The notes under the pieces are model-generated. The model saw only the letters and a program-made list of their open reading frames with translations, had not been told where the DNA came from and did no database searches. 32,000 nucleotides of DNA from Longivirga aurantiaca. GTDB taxonomy: Bacteria > Actinomycetota > Actinomycetes > S36-B12 > CAIYMF01. How positions within the stretch are numbered: position 1 is the first letter of the stretch; each line of letters opens with the position of its first letter. The translations under genes and the position numbers were made by a program. The stretch is taken from assembly GCF_042660085.1 (NCBI RefSeq), contig NZ_JBHSTI010000008.1, forward strand, positions 630,001-662,000. The letters run 5' to 3'. Positions 15,904-21,117 of the stretch are shown one piece after another.

Positions 15904-16070
15904 CTTGCCCGTAACCGGTCAACGCCGTCTGTCTCACGATGTGAAGCCACGAGCGACTTGGACAAGGGCGGCGCCAGCTGACCGGATGCGCCTTAGCCTC
16001 ACCTTCGAGGTCCTCTGCCTCGAGCGAGTCAATCCTCGCCGACCCACCACATGATCAGCATGGAGGAGCC

Positions 16071-16436
16071 ATGGCCCAGAAGGCCGTCGTAAGTCTCACC
16101 ACGGGACTCGAAGACATCGAGAAGGTGACAGTGGCGTTTCTCGTCGCGGTCGGCGCTGCCGAGACGGGGCGCGACACCCTCGTGTTCCTCACGCAGGAGG
16201 CCGTGCGCCTTGCCCTTCCTGGGGTGGCGACCGGCATCGGCTGCGACGGCTGCCCTTCCCTTGAGTCGCTCGTGGAGCGCTACCACGCTGCTGGCGGTCG
16301 CTACTTCGTCTGTCCGATCTGCGTCGACTCGCGCAAGATCGACGCCGCGACACTGATCGACGGCGCGGAGCTCAACGGGACCATCCCCATGTGGAACTGG
16401 ATCGGCGACGACGGGGCCACGACTTTCAGCTACTGA
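16071..16436 (+). CDS. DsrE-family (DsrE/DsrF-like) small protein
   Basis: 121 aa. ATG follows a GGAGG RBS. MAQKAVVSLTTGLEDIEKVTVAFLVAVGAAETGRDTLVFLTQEAV and the later CPICV fit the DsrE-like fold pattern as I recall it. Confidence 0.55.
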   Translation: MAQKAVVSLTTGLEDIEKVTVAFLVAVGAAETGRDTLVFLTQEAVRLALPGVATGIGCDGCPSLESLVERYHAAGGRYFVCPICVDSRKIDAATLIDGAELNGTIPMWNWIGDDGATTFSY

Positions 16437-16480
16437 CTGCTCCGCGGTGCCGAGAGCGTGCCGCATAGCGGCGCGGAGAT

Positions 16481-16514
16481 GTGCCGTTCGCGCTCGTATT
16501 TGATCGGGCAGGGC
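16481..16514 (+). repeat. Junction repeat R8 (short form)
   Basis: GTGCCGTTCGCGCTCGTATTTGATCGGGCAGGGC. The left end matches R1 (GTGCCG-A/T-TCGCGCTCG). The right end GATCGGGCAGG resembles GTACCGGCAGG of R2. Confidence 0.45.
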
Positions 16515-16577
16515 TGGCCCGCGCCGAGCCGCCGCACGATGCCTTGATCGGCTAGGTCGGCCGGCCCCGTGTTCTGT

Positions 16578-18263
16578 CTAGAACGGGGGCTGGTCGATCT
16601 CGACGGCGAGGGCGTGCACGGTGTGCGGGCGGGGGAGGTTGGGGCGTGCGGGGATGCGGACCGTCTGTCCGAGGGCGGTGTTGAAGGTGGCGGTGCCGTC
16701 GGGTCTGGAGTCGGTGATGTCCAGGAGGCCGGCGGTCTTGCGTTGGTGGCATTCGGTGCAGAGGGCGCCGCAGTTGCCGGCGGTGGTGGGGCCGTGGGGT
16801 GCTTCTTCGGCGTGGTCGATCTGCAGGTAGCGCTGGGCTTTGCGGGTGCAGCCGGGTGATCGGCAGCCGCCGTCGCGGGCGATGCAGTGCCGGCGCAGGG
16901 CGGGTGGGACGCGGACGGTGGTGCCGTGGTCCTTGACCCAGCCGTCGACGGGGTCGGTGACCACGCGGCGCAGGAACGTGGCCCAGGCGGCGTGGTCGCG
17001 GGCGATGCCGGCGGGGGCGGGTTGGCCGTTGATGAGGGCGACCCGGTCCTGCAGCCCCTGCAGGGTGTCGGCATCGATGACGACGTCGGTGGTGATGATC
17101 GTGGCGGCGGCGCGGTCGAACGTCACCTCCCCGTCGGGGGTGACGGTGCCGAGGATGCGGGCCATGAGGGCGTCGGCGCGGGCGGCGTCGGCGCGCAGGT
17201 CGGCGTCGGACCACACCGGCTCTGTGGCGCGGTCGCTCTCGGCTGCTGCGGCGGCGGCGGCGGTGTCGTTGTCGCGGTGGCGCTGGTCGGCGATGGCGTC
17301 GCCGTCGCGGCGCAGGGTGTCGTAGATGGCGTCGATGACGGGGGTGTCGTGGGTGAGGCCGAGGAAGGACATGCCGTCCTTGCCGCGGCGGATGTAGAGG
17401 CCGCGGTCGTCGTGGGCCTTCTGGTGGCGGCGGACGGCGTCGGGGTCGAGCTCGGTGATCAGGGCCTGCAGGTGGGTGCGGAAGTCCGCGACGACCATCG
17501 TGCGGGCTGCGGGCAGGGCCAGGCGGCCGATCACCTCGAGGGTGTCGGGGTCGGTGATGTTCAGGCACTCGCTGATCAACGTCCGGCAATGCCAGTCGGA
17601 CACCTCACCCTCGAGGAGGGCGTGGCCGAAGGGCGCGAGCTCCCCGAACAGGGACCGCGCCGTGGAGATGTGGTGGGCGGCGGCGTCGATGGACATCCCG
17701 ACGGCGATCGCGACCTCGTGGGCGATCTGCCGGTCGTTCTCCGACGACACCGCCCCTCGCGGGTCGGGGATCCCGGCGATGGCGGCGAGGGCTGCGTAGC
17801 GGCGGCCGTGGGCGCGGTCGACGTCGCGATCGAGGCGGGTGAGGTCCTCGAGCAGGTCGGGGGCGGCGACGGGGGAGTTCAGGTCCTGAGCGTCGACCAG
17901 GCCCAGGGCCAGGGCCCACATGCGGGAGGAGTCGGTGCCGGGCACGAACCGGGCCTCCACTTGCTCGCGCAGCGCGGCGGCGCGCGCGGCTCGCCGCTGG
18001 GCGAGCCGCACTGCGCGCTCGTCCGGCTCACGCACCGGGGCAGGCTCAGGCTCGCCGACAGTCCGGGCCGGGCGGCGGTGGCCGGGCACGTCCACGTCCA
18101 GCTGCAGCGACCCGAGCACCGGCGACCACGCGGCGGGCCGCGCGTAGTCGGCCTCCAGGCCCTCGACGACGAACCGCTCCAGGCCCTGCACCAGCCCGGC
18201 CAGCAGCGCGTCCACCGCGGACACGACGGTCTCCGAGGTGCTCGAGCCGCGGCTGCTGGACAT
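16578..18263 (-). CDS. DUF222 + HNH endonuclease domain protein (REP13E12-type), second copy
   Basis: 561 aa with an ATG start. C-terminal VPPALRRHCIARDGGCRSPGCTRKAQRYLQIDHAEEAPHGPTTAGNCGALCTECHQRKTAG is an HNH/Zn-finger region. Long helical N-terminal region. Only distantly similar to the 8549..10024 protein. Confidence 0.85.
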   Translation of the reverse strand: MSSSRGSSTSETVVSAVDALLAGLVQGLERFVVEGLEADYARPAAWSPVLGSLQLDVDVPGHRRPARTVGEPEPAPVREPDERAVRLAQRRAARAAALREQVEARFVPGTDSSRMWALALGLVDAQDLNSPVAAPDLLEDLTRLDRDVDRAHGRRYAALAAIAGIPDPRGAVSSENDRQIAHEVAIAVGMSIDAAAHHISTARSLFGELAPFGHALLEGEVSDWHCRTLISECLNITDPDTLEVIGRLALPAARTMVVADFRTHLQALITELDPDAVRRHQKAHDDRGLYIRRGKDGMSFLGLTHDTPVIDAIYDTLRRDGDAIADQRHRDNDTAAAAAAAESDRATEPVWSDADLRADAARADALMARILGTVTPDGEVTFDRAAATIITTDVVIDADTLQGLQDRVALINGQPAPAGIARDHAAWATFLRRVVTDPVDGWVKDHGTTVRVPPALRRHCIARDGGCRSPGCTRKAQRYLQIDHAEEAPHGPTTAGNCGALCTECHQRKTAGLLDITDSRPDGTATFNTALGQTVRIPARPNLPRPHTVHALAVEIDQPPF

Positions 18264-18270
18264 GGATCAC

Positions 18271-18293
18271 AGAATAGAACACACATACGACAG
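18271..18293 (-). promoter_or_regulatory. RecA-NDp/PafBC-type DNA-damage promoter in front of the second HNH gene
   Basis: The minus strand reads CTGTCGTAT-GTGTGTTC-TATTCT-GTGATCC-ATG, which is TGTCG, an 8 nt spacer and a perfect TAnnnT. The start codon lies 7 nt after the -10 element, implying a leaderless mRNA. Confidence 0.5.
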
Positions 18294-18437
18294 TGACTCA
18301 TACCCTGGAGCGAGGAATCGCCGGAAAGTGTTCAGCCGCAAGCGAACACAGCCGGATCCGAGCGAGGCTCGGAAGCACATGACGTGTGATTGGGGAGCTG
18401 CCGGGTGGACGAGCACGAGCGAGCCGCGGACGACGGA

Positions 18438-18505
18438 CCGATCTGCCCCCGGATCCGTCGTGACGTCACGACAGATCGGTCGTGACGCGACAGTTCCGGG
18501 GGCAG
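18438..18505. repeat. Nested inverted repeats and palindrome cluster
   Basis: CTGCCCCCGG (18443-18452) pairs with CCGGGGGCAG (18496-18505). CCGATCTG (18438-18445) pairs with CAGATCGG (18472-18479). There is a perfect 16-bp palindrome GTCGTGACGTCACGAC (18457-18472), and GTCGTGACG recurs at 18479-18487. Confidence 0.6.
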
Positions 18506-18523
18506 GATGCCGTCAGTGCTGGG

Positions 18524-19120
18524 TCAGGAGAGGGCTAGGAGCCGGTGCCCCACCGTGAGCGGGTGCGTGGCAAGGAGGTCCGCGAGCGCCTCGCCCATGG
18601 CGGCGACCGACGGCCCGTACATGTACAGCGCGGTGTCGGCAGGGCCTTCCCAGTACGACTGCAGCGCGCCGGTCTCTCCCAGAGCGATGTGGATGCGGTC
18701 GAGGAGCTCGTTGATGTCGTGCGCGGCGTACACCTCGGGAGGGAGGCCGGTGCCGTCGAGGTAGAGCGCGAGGCCGTCGGTGGACCCGAAGAACCGGGCG
18801 TCGTCGTGGTCGATGGCGAGGCTGGAGCCGCGGGGCGCGCCCTGGGCCTCGAGCAGCTCGACGACGGCGTCCGCGATGGCGGTGCGGTCACCCACGACGT
18901 CGGCGTCGATCGCGCACGACAGCGGCTCTCCGTCGCCGGACACCAGCGTGCCGCCACCGGTGACGGCGCTGCCGGGGAAGTCGCGCTCGAGGAGGAACGC
19001 GAGCGGGTCCTCGTAGCGGTCGCCACGGTGCACGGGCTGCACCCGCGCGTTGATGCGCACCTCGAGTAGCGCCGCAGGGCCCCCCACCTGCGCGCGGCTG
19101 TCCTGCCCCACCCGCGTCAT
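18524..19120 (-). CDS. Hypothetical protein, no recognisable domain
   Basis: 198 aa with an ATG start and protein-like composition. It starts 25 nt downstream of the polymerase-like gene on the same strand. Confidence 0.55.
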   Translation of the reverse strand: MTRVGQDSRAQVGGPAALLEVRINARVQPVHRGDRYEDPLAFLLERDFPGSAVTGGGTLVSGDGEPLSCAIDADVVGDRTAIADAVVELLEAQGAPRGSSLAIDHDDARFFGSTDGLALYLDGTGLPPEVYAAHDINELLDRIHIALGETGALQSYWEGPADTALYMYGPSVAAMGEALADLLATHPLTVGHRLLALS

Positions 19121-19145
19121 GCTGCCATGACTTCCCCGGGACGGC

Positions 19146-20891
19146 TCACTTCGCCTCGGCCCAACTCGCCGCGATCGTCGTGTCGGTCACGAAACGGACG
19201 CCGCTGCCCGCGCTCCACCACGCCGCGGTCCGGTCCAGCGACCTGCCGATCACCTCGACGACGGCCTCGGCGTGCTCGTGCGGCGTCTCGACGAGCAGCT
19301 CGTCGTGCAGGCACAGCACGATCCGCGCGTCGAGGTCGGCGAGCCCGGCCCGCACGGTGGCGGCCCAGGCCTTGAACAGCTCGGCCGCCGCGCCCTGAAC
19401 GACGGCGTTGCGCGCGAACCGGCCGTAGGAGTGGGCGACGTTCGAGTCGGGGCCTGCGTCGGCGAGGGCCTCCGCGAGGCTCGACAGCCGCAGCAGCCGA
19501 CCGCCGTACGTCCGTAGGTCGACGCCGCGCCGTCCGGCGTCCTCGGCCTCGCGCAGGAACGCCATGGCAGTGGGGTAGGCGCGGTCCATGTCCTTGAGCG
19601 CCGCACCGGCAGGGCCCGAGGTCTGGCCGTACATGGCCGCGAGCACGGCGACCTTCGCCGTCGGGCGGTCGCTCTTCAGCGCTGCGGCCACCGGGGAGTA
19701 CATATCGTCCTCGCGGGCGGCGCCGGCGAGCGCGCGGTCGTGCGAGACGGCGGCGAGCACGCGCGGCTCGACCTGCCCGAGGTCGGCGCGCACCAGGGTG
19801 CGTCCCGGCCGTGGGCGAACTGCTGGGCGCAGCTCCGCGGGCAGGTTGTGCAGGCCTGCCGACGCCGTCATCCGGCCGGCGCCCTCGGCCGCACCCCAGA
19901 CGCCGCGCAGCCGGTCGTCGTCGCCGATGTCGTTCTCGACCCAGCGCCAGCCGTACGTCGTCGCGATGCGCTCAGCCTTGCGCCAGTGCAGGAGCGCCGC
20001 GACGCCGGGCGAGGATTCGGCGTACGGCTCGAGGCGCCACGAGCGGGTGTCGGGCACGTCGATCCCGTTGCGCGCCAACAGGTCTCGAACGGAAGCTGGG
20101 TTGCGCAGGTCGACCGGCTCGCCGGGGAATGCGCTCCAGACGGGCTGGTCGCGCTCGCGCCGGGCCGCGATCTCCTCGGCCTCCGTGCGCGGCCTCGGGC
20201 CGATCGTGCGGACGAGCATCTCCTCGAGCACCGCGCGGTCGACCGGCAGGCCGTCGACCTCGAGCTCGATGCACAGCAGCGCCGCCATGCTCTCGCTGAG
20301 CGCGACGAGGTACGCCAGCGGTGTCGGACCGGCGGCGGCGCGACGGTCGGGCAGAGCACGGACCGCGGCCTCCTGCCGCTGCTGCAGGTCGAGCGCCAGC
20401 TCGGCCCAGCGTCGCGTGCCGCGGAGGCTCTCGGCCCACGACCCGCGCAGCCACTCGCGGCTGAGGTGGCCGTCGTCGCGGACGGCGTCGTCGCTCTCGC
20501 CGTGCAGGTCGAGCAGCGTGAGGCCGCCCTCGGCGAGGTCGGGGGAGTCCAGGCCCGCCTGGGCGGCCCAGACCGCCCCGGCGTCGTCGCGGCCGAGGCC
20601 GTGCAGCAGGCGGCCGACGGCGCCGAGGTCCCAGCAGGCGCGGGGGCGCAGGCCGGCCTCGACGAGCGGGAACGCCGTACCGCGGGCGGACCACCACACC
20701 CAGCGCGGCGCCAGCGCCGCCTCGAGCTCGGTCACCGCGGCGACCGTGTCTGCGGTGGCCAGAGCGTGCGTGCCGCCAGCGTGCGCGACGGCCAGGCCCC
20801 GCCCGGGCGCGATCGCGAGGGCCAGCGGCGTACCGCTTTCGACCCCGGACGCCGCGAGCTCCTCGGCGAAGGGGGGTGCGGTCGAGGTCAC
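19146..20891 (-). CDS. Family A (PolA-like) DNA polymerase without a 5'-3' exonuclease domain
   Basis: 581 aa with a GTG start. Pol I motifs: A ADLGQVEPRVLA, B RPTAKVAVLAAMYGQ, RFARNAVVQGAAAE, and C LCLHDELLVE. The N-terminal ~250 aa occupy the position of the 3'-5' exonuclease domain, but I could not see a DxE ExoI motif. Confidence 0.75.
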   Translation of the reverse strand: MTSTAPPFAEELAASGVESGTPLALAIAPGRGLAVAHAGGTHALATADTVAAVTELEAALAPRWVWWSARGTAFPLVEAGLRPRACWDLGAVGRLLHGLGRDDAGAVWAAQAGLDSPDLAEGGLTLLDLHGESDDAVRDDGHLSREWLRGSWAESLRGTRRWAELALDLQQRQEAAVRALPDRRAAAGPTPLAYLVALSESMAALLCIELEVDGLPVDRAVLEEMLVRTIGPRPRTEAEEIAARRERDQPVWSAFPGEPVDLRNPASVRDLLARNGIDVPDTRSWRLEPYAESSPGVAALLHWRKAERIATTYGWRWVENDIGDDDRLRGVWGAAEGAGRMTASAGLHNLPAELRPAVRPRPGRTLVRADLGQVEPRVLAAVSHDRALAGAAREDDMYSPVAAALKSDRPTAKVAVLAAMYGQTSGPAGAALKDMDRAYPTAMAFLREAEDAGRRGVDLRTYGGRLLRLSSLAEALADAGPDSNVAHSYGRFARNAVVQGAAAELFKAWAATVRAGLADLDARIVLCLHDELLVETPHEHAEAVVEVIGRSLDRTAAWWSAGSGVRFVTDTTIAASWAEAK

Positions 20892-20916
20892 CCCGCGACC
20901 CTACGGGTCGCCCGGG

Positions 20917-21108
20917 TCAGTCGAGGTCGAGGTCTTCGTCGTCGTCGTCGAGGCGGGCGAGGTAGACGGCGAGGCGCTCGACGGGGATCTCGAACTCCGG
21001 GTGCAGGTCGACGAAGGTCCGCAGCCGCTCGGCGAGCCAGGCGACGCTGACCTCCTCCTCGCCTCGACGCTTCTCGAGCTCCTCGATACCGCGGTCGGTG
21101 AAGTACAC
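20917..21108 (-). CDS. Small acidic conserved protein
   Basis: 63 aa: MYFTDRGIEELEKRRGEEEVSVAWLAERLRTFVDLHPEFEIPVERLAVYLARLDDDDEDLDLD. It is tightly packed between kgd and the polymerase-like gene. I recall similar small proteins next to kgd in other actinobacteria, but this is unverified. Confidence 0.6.
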   Translation of the reverse strand: MYFTDRGIEELEKRRGEEEVSVAWLAERLRTFVDLHPEFEIPVERLAVYLARLDDDDEDLDLD

Positions 21109-21117
21109 GGTGACCTC

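Noticed and set aside
10025-16578. CRISPR array interpretation of the recurring junction repeats
   Set aside because: The repeats are 0.4-1.9 kb apart, vary in length and enclose full-length genes. There are no cas genes and no uniform spacers.
10025-16578. Canonical integron
   Set aside because: The window contains no intI-type tyrosine recombinase and no attI. The repeat ends do not match the attC R''/R' cores (RYYYAAC/GTTRRRY). Only the formal organisation is similar, so it is reported as integron-like and not as an integron.
8549-18263. Composite transposon, prophage or ICE bounded by the two HNH genes
   Set aside because: The two genes are not nucleotide-level repeats. I could find no terminal inverted repeats, integrase, tRNA target, or phage or conjugation genes.
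18277-18290. LexA SOS box upstream of HNH gene 2 (GAACACACATAC)
   Set aside because: Only one GAAC half-site matches the actinobacterial TCGAAC-N4-GTTCGA consensus. The RecA-NDp-type motif explains the region better.
16552-18301. ORFs 16887..18296 (+), 16552..17589 (-) and 16430..17074 (-) overlapping HNH gene 2
   Set aside because: Their Pro/Arg/Gly-rich composition is not protein-like. The frame with DUF222 and HNH motifs (16578..18263) is the real gene.
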